Below are positions 51,552 through 61,897 of a stretch of 64,000 nt of DNA, piece by piece. The first letter of the stretch is position 1. Every line of letters starts with the position of its first letter. Source of the stretch: a virus. A program made the translations under genes and the position numbers. The notes beneath the pieces were generated by a model. That model was not told the DNA's origin and ran no database searches. It worked only from the letters and a program-made list of their open reading frames with translations. The stretch spans positions 2,978-66,977 of the IMG/VR virus record IMGVR_UViG_3300043313_000168. One strand, written 5' to 3'.

Positions 51552-53249
51552 ATGTCCACTTCCACCTCCTCGGGCTCTAGCTTTAGCAACAGCGAACCGA
51601 CGTTCCTCGAAACGCCGGAGAATGCCCTGATCAACCAGCTGTCTGGCGTGGCCGCGGGCCTCGCGCAGCAGATGAACCAGTGGGCACAGGCGCAGTTTGC
51701 GAAGACCTCGCAAGTGACGGACCAGACGGTCGGAAACTTTTTTCAAGTTTCGCAAAAGATGTTGGGCTTCTCGAATGGCCTGACTGACCAGTATAACAAC
51801 CTCTTCGCCCCCGAGAACGCGCAGCTGATCGCTGACGCCAACAGCTATGCCTCGCCCGAACGCATGGCCGTCAACATGGGTATGGCGGGCGCGACGCAGG
51901 CTCAAGCCGGCGAAGCCGCGCTGCGCAACAGCGAGCGCGATCTCCTTTCGTACGGCATCGACCCCTCATCCGGCCGCTATGCGGCTCTGGACAAGGCGGG
52001 AGAAATTCAGAACGCGGCGAACATCGCCGGCGCCGAGAACATGCAGCGCAACGCGGACGTCGCCACCGGGCAGCGCCTGCGCAGCGAGGCGGTCCAGGTC
52101 GGCGCCCAACTCCCTGCCGCGATCGCGAACACCGCGAACACCGCGATCCAGGCCAACACCGGTGCTAGCAATGCTAGCTTGGCGAACGCCAACACCGGCG
52201 CGAACATGAACCGGCTGGCCAACGAATATATGAAGACGGCGATGGATATTAAGTTGCCCCCCACCGGTCAGCGCTCGACGGGCGGGTCCAACCAGTCCGG
52301 AAGCTCGCACTCCCCCGATCGAAACAGTGATGGCAGCGGTGGCAGCGGCGGGCGCGGTCAAGGTGGCCAGCAGCCCGGCGGTGGCGGCGGCTACGGCAGC
52401 GGTGGCGGCAGTCCTGCGTGGATGCCGCAGCATGGCAACGGTTACGGCAACACCAGCGGTGGCGGCGGGCGCGGCACATACAACACTGGACCCGGCTCGC
52501 GCTTCATGCAGTTCGGCGACGGCCAGCCGGATAGCGCCGGCTACGGCATGGAGCCCTACGGCAACCCGGATATGTTCGACTATCTCGACCACGAGTATGG
52601 CTTCGGCGACATCAGCGGTGGCTACGGCTCCGTCGGCCAGCAGCAGTACGATCCGTTCGAGTACGGCGGCTCCAATCCGTTCTCTGACAGCGGCTTCGGC
52701 CAAGAGTACGACTACGGCGGGGCGAACCAGACGTTCAACGGGATCGGCGACGACTACAACAACATGGGGATGGGCAACCTCAGCTACGATCCGCAGGCGA
52801 ACGCGGTCGACACGGGCTGGGACCAGACCTACAACGACGTGCCCGCCTGGGGCGGCAACACATCGAGCTACCAGTCCTATGACAACTATGGCGGTGGCGG
52901 CGACCTCTTCGGCGCCAACTACGGTGACGGTGGTGGCTACGACAGCTATTCGAGCGAGAACTATTATGCTGCCGGCGGCCAAGTGCAGCCGCAGGCGCCG
53001 CAGTCTCCCCGCATGGTCCCGCCGCAAGCCTCGCCCTCGGGCGGGATGCGTCAAGACGACGTGCGCGCGAACGTCGGCGTCGGTGAGTTCATCGTTCCGG
53101 AAGACGTCGCTCGATGGAAGGGCGCGGAGTTCTTCCACAACCTGATCGCCAAGTCGCGCAAGACGCGCGCGACCTCCGGCATCGGGGGTAAACCCATGCC
53201 TGCCGGTGATCCGCGCAGCAAGGGTCCGCCCACGTTCTCGACGAGGTAA
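51552..53249 (+). CDS. Internal virion / ejection protein with a Gly-Tyr-Asp low-complexity region
   Basis: Ala/Gln helical N-half (GIDPSSGRY), GY-rich linker, YAAGG and DDV.A....GEFIVP C-domain. Confidence 0.7.
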   Translation: MSTSTSSGSSFSNSEPTFLETPENALINQLSGVAAGLAQQMNQWAQAQFAKTSQVTDQTVGNFFQVSQKMLGFSNGLTDQYNNLFAPENAQLIADANSYASPERMAVNMGMAGATQAQAGEAALRNSERDLLSYGIDPSSGRYAALDKAGEIQNAANIAGAENMQRNADVATGQRLRSEAVQVGAQLPAAIANTANTAIQANTGASNASLANANTGANMNRLANEYMKTAMDIKLPPTGQRSTGGSNQSGSSHSPDRNSDGSGGSGGRGQGGQQPGGGGGYGSGGGSPAWMPQHGNGYGNTSGGGGRGTYNTGPGSRFMQFGDGQPDSAGYGMEPYGNPDMFDYLDHEYGFGDISGGYGSVGQQQYDPFEYGGSNPFSDSGFGQEYDYGGANQTFNGIGDDYNNMGMGNLSYDPQANAVDTGWDQTYNDVPAWGGNTSSYQSYDNYGGGGDLFGANYGDGGGYDSYSSENYYAAGGQVQPQAPQSPRMVPPQASPSGGMRQDDVRANVGVGEFIVPEDVARWKGAEFFHNLIAKSRKTRATSGIGGKPMPAGDPRSKGPPTFSTR

Positions 53250-53251
53250 CC

Positions 53252-54094
53252 ATGCCCAAGAGCTTTCAAGAGGACGGCGCAGCAGGTGCTGGCGACAGCG
53301 GAGGCGGGTACAACCCGAACCCCACCGGTGGCGGCTTCAATGGCGGCCGCACGGTCTCTGCCCCCCTGGCTCCACAGCCTGAGGAAGCAAACGGTCGGGC
53401 GATCTACACCGATCCGTTCCGTCACGACAGCGGCTTCCTGAACACGGGTCCCCTGCCGCGTGGCTCCGGGTTCGCTGACACGCCGGAGCAGATGGCCGGC
53501 TTGATCCAGACCGGCCCGCTTCCGCCCGGCGCCGGTGCGCCCGACACGCCGGAGCAGATGGCCGGCCATTGGGGCACGGGGCTTCCGCCCGGCGCTGGTG
53601 CTGGCTTCATGTTCGCTGCCGGCGGCGAGGTAGGCGCCAACGAACAGTTCGGCTTCGATCCCATGGCTGCGCAGGGTGACCTGATCGAGCGGCTCGCTGC
53701 AGCGCGCGCGACCGTCACGCAGGCCCTTCAATTCGGCCGCAAGCAGAACGGCCTCGAACAACTCGCAGGCCTCAACCGCATGCCGACCGCCCCGGGCAAC
53801 CAGTCCGAGAGCGGCGCCCCGCGCGAGCGTCCTTTCCCCCGGCTTGAGCCCACCCAGAACCCGTTCGGTAAGCGGGCTGAAGGAGCGATCCCGGATGAGG
53901 ATGACGCTGATGAGCCTGTGGGCTTCAATCCGTCCCAGAGCGAGAGCGGTGCTCCGCGCCCTCCGCCCGGCCCCGGCACTCTCCCGCCTGCGCCTGTCCC
54001 GTTTGGCAAGCGTCGTCAGTTCGGCGCCGCGGAAGCGCCGGTCGAGGAAGAGGTAGCATCGGCGATCCCCGAGGAAGATGAGGAGGTCGCGTAA
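53252..54094 (+). CDS. Pro/Gly-rich internal virion protein with internal repeats
   Basis: TGPLP.G.G..DTPEQMAG x2, QSESGAPR...PFGKR x2, FAAGGEV. Confidence 0.65.
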   Translation: MPKSFQEDGAAGAGDSGGGYNPNPTGGGFNGGRTVSAPLAPQPEEANGRAIYTDPFRHDSGFLNTGPLPRGSGFADTPEQMAGLIQTGPLPPGAGAPDTPEQMAGHWGTGLPPGAGAGFMFAAGGEVGANEQFGFDPMAAQGDLIERLAAARATVTQALQFGRKQNGLEQLAGLNRMPTAPGNQSESGAPRERPFPRLEPTQNPFGKRAEGAIPDEDDADEPVGFNPSQSESGAPRPPPGPGTLPPAPVPFGKRRQFGAAEAPVEEEVASAIPEEDEEVA

Positions 54095-55602
54095 TGGCCG
54101 GCAACTATGAAGGCCTCGATTACGAGGACACCGAACTCAACCCCGCCATGGGCGCCATCCCGGAGCCGGTGGATGAGCCTGCGATCCCGGAAGGTGACGC
54201 GCCGACAGGTGCTGCGCCGGCTATCCCTGACGGGCTGGACGAGAGCGCGGGCCTCGACATGCGCAAGCGCCGCGACCCCAACGCCACGCCGACGTCAGGC
54301 CTCCTCGCCGACGCCGAGAACACCGCGCCCGTGCAGGGCATCCGCAAGCTGGTGAGCTATCTCATGGGAGGCGGCTCCGCTCCGCCACAGGAGGCGCAAC
54401 GTGCTGTCGCTGAAATTAAGCAGACTAATCCCGGCATTAGTGACGACGATGCTAATCTGCTGGCTGTCCATCAGGCTGGTCAAATGGGCGGTCCGGGCGC
54501 TGCCTGGGGAATGGTCCAGTATAACCGCACAGCTTACAACGCAAAGCAGAGCTTCGCTAAGGCGGCTCTCAACGGCATTGACGGCAAGGCTGGCGATTTG
54601 GCTGCCGCCGCTGACGCCGCAACCAAGGCTGGCGCGCACGTCATTGATGGGTCGACTGCGGTCTTCTCTGCCGGACCGGGCGGAATTACCGCCACGGTAA
54701 CGGACCCGCAGACCCGCGAGCGGCAGCAGTATAACCTCACGCCGCAGCAGTTCAGCGAGTACCTCGACGTCGGCAAGGTCGGCCAGTGGGACAAGGTCAT
54801 GGCGCAGGGCATCGGCCCGACGCTGACCGGCATCACCAAGAGCACTGGACCACAAATGGGACAAATCGGCAATTTGTCCGCGCCAACTCAACCTGAGCAA
54901 TCCAATTTCGGAACGACGCCGTCGACGCTCGACCTCTCGGGGGCCCCCAAGGGTGATCTCCGCGGGTACAAGCCGCTCGACTACAGCGCGATCGACGACC
55001 CGAAGTCGTCGCTGATTGCGCGCGCCAACCAACTGTTCCCGTCCGTGTCGCAGCAGGAGCAGCGCACCGCGTGGATCGCTGCGCAGTCCGAGCGCGAGGA
55101 CGAGCGCGAGAACAAGCTCGGCGTCGCCAAGGCTGGACAGGAGGGTCGCCTTCAGGTCGCCCGGGAGACCGGCACGCATCGGGAGAACGCTGCGCAGACC
55201 CGCGCCACCGGAGAGGTCGCCAAGCAGACCATCCGCAGCGAGGGCAATCTCGCAGTCGCCGACAAACAGGCGGAAGCCCGTGCGAAATCCGACCAGCAGA
55301 AGGCCGCGCAGTTCGCCGCCAAGCTGGAACAGCAGGGGCGCACCGCCGATGAGCGCGAGCGGGGCAAGATGGCTCGTGCCGAGATCATGAACCCGAACTT
55401 CCTCCTGCAGTCGGATGAGCAGCGGAACGCGGTGCTGAAGAAGTACGGCATCGGCACGAACACGCCGCAGGCACCGACGCCGGGAGCAGCCCCGCAAGGT
55501 GGCAGCGCCGGGCCGGTAAAGGTTTCTTCACCTAGTGAGGCTAACAAGTTGCAGCCGGGCACCGTGTACGTCACGCCGGACGGTCGAAAGTTTACGCGCT
55601 AA
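54094..55602 (+). CDS. Internal virion / ejection protein
   Basis: 502 aa, helical; C-terminal L.PGT.Y.TPDG module; in the ejection operon. Confidence 0.65.
   Translation: MAGNYEGLDYEDTELNPAMGAIPEPVDEPAIPEGDAPTGAAPAIPDGLDESAGLDMRKRRDPNATPTSGLLADAENTAPVQGIRKLVSYLMGGGSAPPQEAQRAVAEIKQTNPGISDDDANLLAVHQAGQMGGPGAAWGMVQYNRTAYNAKQSFAKAALNGIDGKAGDLAAAADAATKAGAHVIDGSTAVFSAGPGGITATVTDPQTRERQQYNLTPQQFSEYLDVGKVGQWDKVMAQGIGPTLTGITKSTGPQMGQIGNLSAPTQPEQSNFGTTPSTLDLSGAPKGDLRGYKPLDYSAIDDPKSSLIARANQLFPSVSQQEQRTAWIAAQSEREDERENKLGVAKAGQEGRLQVARETGTHRENAAQTRATGEVAKQTIRSEGNLAVADKQAEARAKSDQQKAAQFAAKLEQQGRTADERERGKMARAEIMNPNFLLQSDEQRNAVLKKYGIGTNTPQAPTPGAAPQGGSAGPVKVSSPSEANKLQPGTVYVTPDGRKFTR
54686..54700. repeat. Dispersed palindrome copy 14 (ITATVT)
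   Basis: TTACCG CCA CGGTAA. Confidence 0.95.
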
Positions 55603-55614
55603 CAGAGGTCCGAG

Positions 55615-58600
55615 ATGGACGAGGAATGGCCGGGCGAAGCATGGCCGGGCGAAGAGGCTCCTGTAGCAGAGCCCACCCCAGCCCCGACGCAAGCGCAGGC
55701 AGCGCCGGCGAACGAGGAGCAATGGCCGGGCGAGCAGTGGCCCGGTAAAGAACAGCCCAAAGCAGAGAGCCTTCCAGGTACGTTCACGCGCGAGGCGCTT
55801 CACAGTGCTGTCCCTGCCGCCGGCGGCATGCTGACGGCTGGTGCGGCCGGTGCGCTGGCAGGCACGTTGGGCGCAGGCCCAGTCGGTACGTTCCTCGGCG
55901 GCCTTGCCGGCATGATCGTCGGCAGCATGGCTACGGACAAAGTCCAGGAATACGCTCTCGACCAGATCGGCTTCGACGACGCCGAGCAGCGCGCGGCCAA
56001 TATGGCCGAGAACCCCAAGACCTCGTTCGCGGGCGGGCTCGCTCCTGCGCTGGCAACCATGTCGCCCGTCAAGGGCGTGCAGCTTGCGCAGCGCGGCATC
56101 GGCGGCGGACTGATGGGCGGCTTCGAGGCAGGACAGGAGTTACTCCATGACGACCATGTCGACCCGTTTAAGGTTGGTGCGTCTATCGTCGCGGGAGCCG
56201 CACTTCCAAAGGCAAATCGCGTTGGTGAGGCCTTGCTTAACACTGGCGCAAAGGCTGCGAACCGGATCGTACCCGGTCGGCCCGGTCAGCAAGCGAACCC
56301 TGCTGCAGTACCTGCGCAGGATGAAGCTGCCGCCTCGCAGCAACAGACGGTCACCGGGGAGGCTTCGCTCGCTCAAGACCCACCTCCCGTATCTGGTGAG
56401 ACGACCGGCAATCCGCAGTCGGCTCCTTCGCGATCCGCGCGGACGTACCCTAAGGGCGATGTCGCAGAAACTCCGCGTGGGGATATTCTCTCTCAAGGAG
56501 ACCTCCCGCCTGACGTTGCCCAGGCTCTACAAGCCTCTCTGGACAGCAATGCGCTCAAGCCCGAAACGCTGCCGGACCTCCCCCCTCAGCCGGACCCGTC
56601 GCTTCGCCAAGGGCTGAACCCCGGCGAAACGCTGCCGATCGAAACTGGAATTACAGAAGCTGCGTCCCAGCCGCAACAGGCGGTTAAATTACCCCGTGTT
56701 CGTCGGAATAAACCCCCTATCGAAACAGGCCTAGAAGAGGCAGCCGCGGCAAACGCTGGCGAGGCGCCGGCGATCGTGGGTGAGTTCACGACGTCGAAGG
56801 GCTCCACCTATCAGGTCCATCCGGACGGCACGACCACGCGCACCAAGGCTGCACGGCCCGATCCCGGCCACGAAGGGGATGAGGGTCTGAAGCCGAAGTC
56901 GGAGAAGACCTTCTACCTGACGAAGGAGCAGGCCGACGCGCTAGCTCCGCCGCAGGACAGCCGCTTCATGGTCATTGATAACGGCGACGGCTTCCTGTCG
57001 CTCGCCACGCCGGGCCAGGATGGCAAGTGGGGTATCGCACCGTCCCAGCGCATGGTGGGCCCGACCCACCCTGAGCCGGTCGAGGGTGCACACCCGCTCG
57101 AACTGTGGGGTCGCGGTAAGTCCGAGAAGACTGGCACCGTCGGCTATAGCGCGCTCCACTTCGGCAACAAGATCGAGTACCTCGGACAGAACAAGCCGAA
57201 GGACATGCGCGCACGGGCTGAGCCCACCGGTGAGTGGCGCAACCTCAGCCCGGACCAGCCTGCGCACCCGGTGCACGAGAAGATCAACACCGCCGCTGCC
57301 GATGTTCACCCCGATCCTACCCCCGGGCAAGGTGAGGCTGGCAACTATAAGAAGGGTCACCCGGGCCGCGTGTTCGGCCGCGAGTTCTCGATCGAGACCG
57401 CAAAGGGTGGCACGCGCAAGGACCTGAAGAACGACCCGCCGCAGTGGGAGGTCAAGGACTATCCGACGCATTACGGCGAGTTGCTGGGCACCAAGGGCGC
57501 GGACGGCGACCGGCTGGATTACCACCACGTCGGCACTGGCGATCGTCACTTCATCATCGACCAGCGCGATCTCGGAACGCGCAAGTTCGATGAACACAAG
57601 ATCATGGGTTACGCCAAAGACGTCCACGATGCCGCGGACCACTACCAGCGCGGCTTCAATGACGGCAAGGGCGGAGACCGGCTGGGCTCGATCAAGGAGG
57701 TCAGCGAGGACGACCTGAAGGCATGGCTCGCCAAGCCCGGCAAGAAGAAAGACCCCTACGATCCTAACTTCAAACACCCTGAAGGCAGCGAGCCAGTCGC
57801 CACCGAGGGCGTCAAGCCCCTGCCGAAGGTCGTTACCGCCGCGGTAAATGAGCTTAAGGCCAAGGGCAACCACGAGGCCGCAGCCAAGCTCGAAGCCATG
57901 GAGCCGACCGAGCGCCTGAAGGTGGCGTCGCAGTTCGTCAACAAGACTGGGACCGAGCTCGCTCGACCGGATCGTATCCGCACGCCGGCGCCAACCGTCG
58001 AGGGCATCCTCAACGACCAGGGGCAGCCCGTCACTGCAAACTCAAAAGCATCTGCAGCGGCGAAGAGCGCCGACGTCAAGGTGATGAACGACGCATTCGC
58101 CAAGCACTTGCCCGAGGACATCAAGGTCCCGACCACGCCCGAGGAGAAGGCCGCGTTGCGGCAGCAGGCGCAGGACTTCCTCGACGCCACCAAGGACGTC
58201 ACGTATCGGCCCGCGCTGAAGCACGCGCCCTACCTCTATGCTCGCGCGGCGAAGAAGCTCCTGACGGCGAAGAACCCGGCCGACAAGTCATGGCAGGAGT
58301 TCGTCGAGATCGCGCACCAGTTGAAGAACGGTGGCGAGACGGACGTGCGTCAGGGCCAGCGGATCAACGCCGACATCGAGCGCAGCCGTCGTAGTGGTGA
58401 GGATGCCCTCGCCGACGCTGAAAAGAGAAGCGCGAGTACCAACACTGTCGAAGATGAGATGATCGCCAATCTGGACGCGAAGCGCGCCGGCAAGGATCAG
58501 GGCTATCTCGACGTGCCGCACGAAGAGGCGGAGGGGATGGTCAAGCCGCAGGCCGTCACCGCCGAGAACGTCGAAAAGTTCGAGACCAAGACCGGCAAGC

Positions 58601-61575
58601 TCGATCTGGCGAAGCCCGCCGATCGTATGAAGCTGCAGAGCGACAGTGCTCAGCTGGCAGCGAACCTTGTCAAGGAAGCCAAGCGCGCGCCGCCGGTGAA
58701 GGAGAGCGAAGGTGGCGCCTCGCCGGTGCGCAAGATCAGTGTTGCCGGCGTCGATGTCGACGCGATTTTGGCGCGTGCTAAGAAGGCGGAAACGAAAAAC
58801 AAAACCAGTGAGCATGCGGTCCGTGAGGATGAGCTTGGCGGTATCCACAGCGACAAGACTGCGCCGCGCGATAAGCTCGCCGAGTTCTGGAACAATGAGA
58901 GCGGTTCGCTCGACTATAAGAAGCTGACGCAGTCGTTCCGTTCCTGGGCCAAGCCGATCAACGAGTTCTACACCAAGACCTTCGGAGGCTTGACCAACGA
59001 TCGCCAGTTGCGCCTAGACCCGATCCTCGCGCGGGCGCTCTCGCACGAGAGCTCGCAGATGGCTGAGAAGGCGCGGGCGCTGTACGACACGCGCTACTAT
59101 CAGTGGCTCGACAACACCAGCGGCAAGGGTGAGCGGCTCGCCTACATTAAGACCATCGAGAAGCCCGAGCACGACACGCCGGCGAAACTCAAGCAGGCGT
59201 TCACCGACGCCGGCATCCCTGCCAAGAACATCGACTGGATGGTCGACGAGGCTATGTTCCATCGCAAGCTGATGGATGAGGTCTGGCGGCAGGACGCTGC
59301 GCACGGCTCCGACGCCGGCTACATCAAGAACTACGTCGCCCACATCTTCGACAACGCCAAGGTCGGCGGACAGACGGCTGACCAGTTCATCCACAACCGC
59401 GTACAGAGCCTGGGCCCGACGTGGTACCAGAAGGAGCGCGTGTTCGATCTGATGGAGGCGGCTATCAAGGCCGGCTTCAAGCCCAAGTTCGACAACCCGG
59501 TCGACATCCTCAACGCGCGCTGGACCGCCTCGATCCGTGCCAACACCATCGTGGCTGCGGCGCGCAATCTGCACGAGGCCGGGCTGGCGTTCCCGATCAA
59601 GGACCTGCCCGAGACCCACAAGGGTCTATTGAACGCGTGGACCTATAAGCGCCAGCTACCCGATCGCCAGCAGTGGGTGTTCTCGCCCGACGCTGCGCTG
59701 CTCTGGGAGAACTCCATTGAGCCGCACGGTCTGTCCGAGAACAAGTACAAGCCGGGCTCGGTCTACCGCGCGTGGATGCAGGTCAAGAACTTCATGGTGC
59801 CGGTACAGCTGATGCTGTCGCAGTTCCACGCCTTCCACGTCGTGGCCAACATCATGCCTGCGCAGGCGCTTTACAACGCGATGGAGCGCAGCCGCGGCGA
59901 CGGCAAGTGGTTCAAGAATTTCGGGCAGGCGGCGAAGGAGATCGCCAGCGATGGCGCGTTCGCCGTGCCCATGTCCGTGCCTGTGCTCGGCAACTTCCTC
60001 CACGCCAAGGGCTATGGCGACAAGCACATCGGCCGCGGCATCCAGGAAATCTGGCGCATCCCCGATGCCGAACTCAGCGGCAACGAGGTGATGGTCAAGA
60101 ATATGTTCAAGGAGGCGGGAGCGTCACCTTACCAGTCACACGAGGACGTCATCGGTGCCAAGCGCAAGTTCGCTGAGGCGGTGAACAAGATGTCCGAGGA
60201 CCCGGGCCTGCTCGCTGCCGGCAAGGTCGCGATCAAGGGACTTCAGCGGGGCATGGAGCTCCTGCAGGAGCCGCTGTTCAAGCACACGATCCCGGCGCTG
60301 AAGAACGCCGCGTTGCTGCGTAGCTTCCAGACTGCGCTCACCAAGGACCCCACGCTGGCGTCGAACCCGACGATGCGCCAGACGGTGTTCCGTGAGCTCG
60401 CCAAGGACATCGACGATCGCTTCGGTGAGATGTTCTACAAGGGTTTGTTCTGGGACAAGACGCTCAAGGACGTCGGCATCGGCTCGATGCTGTCGTTGTC
60501 GTGGAACCTGGGTCAGGTGCGTCAGGTCGCCGGCGCCGCCGCGCAAGGTACGCGCATGGTCAGGAACGCCCTTGGCATCAACGACGGCTCGAACCTGCGC
60601 AAGGCGCGCGAGGAGGCCTCGAACAAGATCGGCTTCGTCTCGCTCTATGCTGGGCTCTCCATGGTTACCGCCGGCGCCATCACCTGGGCGCTCACTGGCG
60701 AGCGACCGAAAGAACTCACCGACTATGTGTTTCCGCGATCTGGTCACATCGACCCGGAGACAGGCCATCCGCATCGCCTGACCTCGCCGTTCAACACGCG
60801 CGAAGTCATCATGCTGAAGGCGCACGCTGACGAGCACAACTCCTGGGTCGGCGGAGCGATGCAGCTGCTGTGGAATAAGATGATCCTGCAGCCGGTCACC
60901 GAGCTCTGGACCAACCGCGACTTCTTCGGGCGCGCGCTCTACGACACCAACGCCCCGGCATGGAAGGCGACGCTGCAGGGTATCGACAGCGTCCTCGGCC
61001 GCTCGCTCTCGCCCATCTCGATCAGTGGCGCCGACCGTGCCAAGCAGCAAGGTCTCGGTGTGAAGGGGCAGGCGCTCTCCTACCTCGGCTTCGGCCCGGG
61101 TCCCAAGTACGTCAACGAGACGCCGTTGGAGCGCCGCATCAACCACCTCTCGCACACCTACGCGCCGCAGCACCGGCCGTATGAGTACGGTGAGAAGACC
61201 GGCGCGGGCCGTGGGCTCGTGCAGGGGGCAGTCCGCTACTTCGCCGAGGATGAGACCAAGAGCGAAGCACGGACGTCCGCACGCAACGCCCTGAACCAAG
61301 CGCGCACCGCCGGCGACAGCGAGGCCGAGTTGGAGGCCCGCCGCAAGATGGTCACCAAGGGGGAACTGTCCTCGCGCATCGTGAGCAAGATGGTTCCCGG
61401 CCGGCAGTTCGAGGGTGAGTTCGGGCGGCTCCCCAAGGAGGAGCAGCTGGCGGTCGCTAAGACTATGTCAAACGAGGAGTTTCAGCGCTTCGTCATGACC
61501 AATAAGGACGTACCGCGGGCCAACCGTCTGGCGCTGATGCAACAGTGGGCCGCGCAACGGAATGTTAAGCCTTAA
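55615..61575 (+). CDS. Large polyvalent internal virion protein with an inorganic-pyrophosphatase-like domain
   Basis: 1986 aa; GNYKKGH...SIET.KG..R...HYG...GT.GADGD.LD...IDQ....KFDEHK at about 57340-57660; C-terminal LPD38-like region (EL.TNRDFFGR). Confidence 0.8.
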   Translation: MDEEWPGEAWPGEEAPVAEPTPAPTQAQAAPANEEQWPGEQWPGKEQPKAESLPGTFTREALHSAVPAAGGMLTAGAAGALAGTLGAGPVGTFLGGLAGMIVGSMATDKVQEYALDQIGFDDAEQRAANMAENPKTSFAGGLAPALATMSPVKGVQLAQRGIGGGLMGGFEAGQELLHDDHVDPFKVGASIVAGAALPKANRVGEALLNTGAKAANRIVPGRPGQQANPAAVPAQDEAAASQQQTVTGEASLAQDPPPVSGETTGNPQSAPSRSARTYPKGDVAETPRGDILSQGDLPPDVAQALQASLDSNALKPETLPDLPPQPDPSLRQGLNPGETLPIETGITEAASQPQQAVKLPRVRRNKPPIETGLEEAAAANAGEAPAIVGEFTTSKGSTYQVHPDGTTTRTKAARPDPGHEGDEGLKPKSEKTFYLTKEQADALAPPQDSRFMVIDNGDGFLSLATPGQDGKWGIAPSQRMVGPTHPEPVEGAHPLELWGRGKSEKTGTVGYSALHFGNKIEYLGQNKPKDMRARAEPTGEWRNLSPDQPAHPVHEKINTAAADVHPDPTPGQGEAGNYKKGHPGRVFGREFSIETAKGGTRKDLKNDPPQWEVKDYPTHYGELLGTKGADGDRLDYHHVGTGDRHFIIDQRDLGTRKFDEHKIMGYAKDVHDAADHYQRGFNDGKGGDRLGSIKEVSEDDLKAWLAKPGKKKDPYDPNFKHPEGSEPVATEGVKPLPKVVTAAVNELKAKGNHEAAAKLEAMEPTERLKVASQFVNKTGTELARPDRIRTPAPTVEGILNDQGQPVTANSKASAAAKSADVKVMNDAFAKHLPEDIKVPTTPEEKAALRQQAQDFLDATKDVTYRPALKHAPYLYARAAKKLLTAKNPADKSWQEFVEIAHQLKNGGETDVRQGQRINADIERSRRSGEDALADAEKRSASTNTVEDEMIANLDAKRAGKDQGYLDVPHEEAEGMVKPQAVTAENVEKFETKTGKLDLAKPADRMKLQSDSAQLAANLVKEAKRAPPVKESEGGASPVRKISVAGVDVDAILARAKKAETKNKTSEHAVREDELGGIHSDKTAPRDKLAEFWNNESGSLDYKKLTQSFRSWAKPINEFYTKTFGGLTNDRQLRLDPILARALSHESSQMAEKARALYDTRYYQWLDNTSGKGERLAYIKTIEKPEHDTPAKLKQAFTDAGIPAKNIDWMVDEAMFHRKLMDEVWRQDAAHGSDAGYIKNYVAHIFDNAKVGGQTADQFIHNRVQSLGPTWYQKERVFDLMEAAIKAGFKPKFDNPVDILNARWTASIRANTIVAAARNLHEAGLAFPIKDLPETHKGLLNAWTYKRQLPDRQQWVFSPDAALLWENSIEPHGLSENKYKPGSVYRAWMQVKNFMVPVQLMLSQFHAFHVVANIMPAQALYNAMERSRGDGKWFKNFGQAAKEIASDGAFAVPMSVPVLGNFLHAKGYGDKHIGRGIQEIWRIPDAELSGNEVMVKNMFKEAGASPYQSHEDVIGAKRKFAEAVNKMSEDPGLLAAGKVAIKGLQRGMELLQEPLFKHTIPALKNAALLRSFQTALTKDPTLASNPTMRQTVFRELAKDIDDRFGEMFYKGLFWDKTLKDVGIGSMLSLSWNLGQVRQVAGAAAQGTRMVRNALGINDGSNLRKAREEASNKIGFVSLYAGLSMVTAGAITWALTGERPKELTDYVFPRSGHIDPETGHPHRLTSPFNTREVIMLKAHADEHNSWVGGAMQLLWNKMILQPVTELWTNRDFFGRALYDTNAPAWKATLQGIDSVLGRSLSPISISGADRAKQQGLGVKGQALSYLGFGPGPKYVNETPLERRINHLSHTYAPQHRPYEYGEKTGAGRGLVQGAVRYFAEDETKSEARTSARNALNQARTAGDSEAELEARRKMVTKGELSSRIVSKMVPGRQFEGEFGRLPKEEQLAVAKTMSNEEFQRFVMTNKDVPRANRLALMQQWAAQRNVKP
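57833..57847. repeat. Dispersed palindrome copy 15 (VTAAVN)
   Basis: TTACCG CCG CGGTAA. Confidence 0.95.
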
Positions 61576-61609
61576 GGGGTCATCGTTCCCTTCGGACAAG
61601 GAGAAAATC

Positions 61610-61816
61610 ATGGCTGGTTATTCAAAGGGCGAGAAGCCCCGTAATCTCGAAGCGGCGTGCGGTGGGGGCGTTCTCGGGCGCGTCCGGTCCTTCATCAAGG
61701 ACCACCCGGAAGTGGGCCAGATAGGCCCGGAGAACCCGCAGGACTACTCCGCAAAGGATGCGCACACCAAGCGCACCGGCGACAAGAGCCTGCCCGCGAT
61801 CAAGCCACGGTCGTAA
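61610..61816 (+). CDS. Small basic hypothetical protein
   Basis: AAGGAG RBS; TTAA-rich upstream region (61554-61575). Confidence 0.65.
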   Translation: MAGYSKGEKPRNLEAACGGGVLGRVRSFIKDHPEVGQIGPENPQDYSAKDAHTKRTGDKSLPAIKPRS

Positions 61817-61831
61817 TTACCGTGGCGGTAA
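61817..61831. repeat. Dispersed palindrome copy 16 (immediately after a stop codon)
   Basis: TTACCG TGG CGGTAA. Confidence 0.95.
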
Positions 61832-61897
61832 ACGAACAAGATTGCCCCCACAACTTGCCGGATTTTCTGTGTCGGCGCTGCCACCCGGAGCTTGCGA

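Noticed and set aside
54400-56560. Patches of T-ending codons in ejection genes (about 54400-54660 and 56150-56540)
   Set aside because: Visible by eye, but the reading frames are continuous and no boundary, repeat or credible second gene explains them; cannot be quantified here.
51966-61299. Long antisense ORFs (51966-53138, 54295-55497, 56941-57873, 60136-61299 and similar elsewhere)
   Set aside because: Typical shadows of high-GC codon bias opposite well-supported genes; no motifs or RBS.
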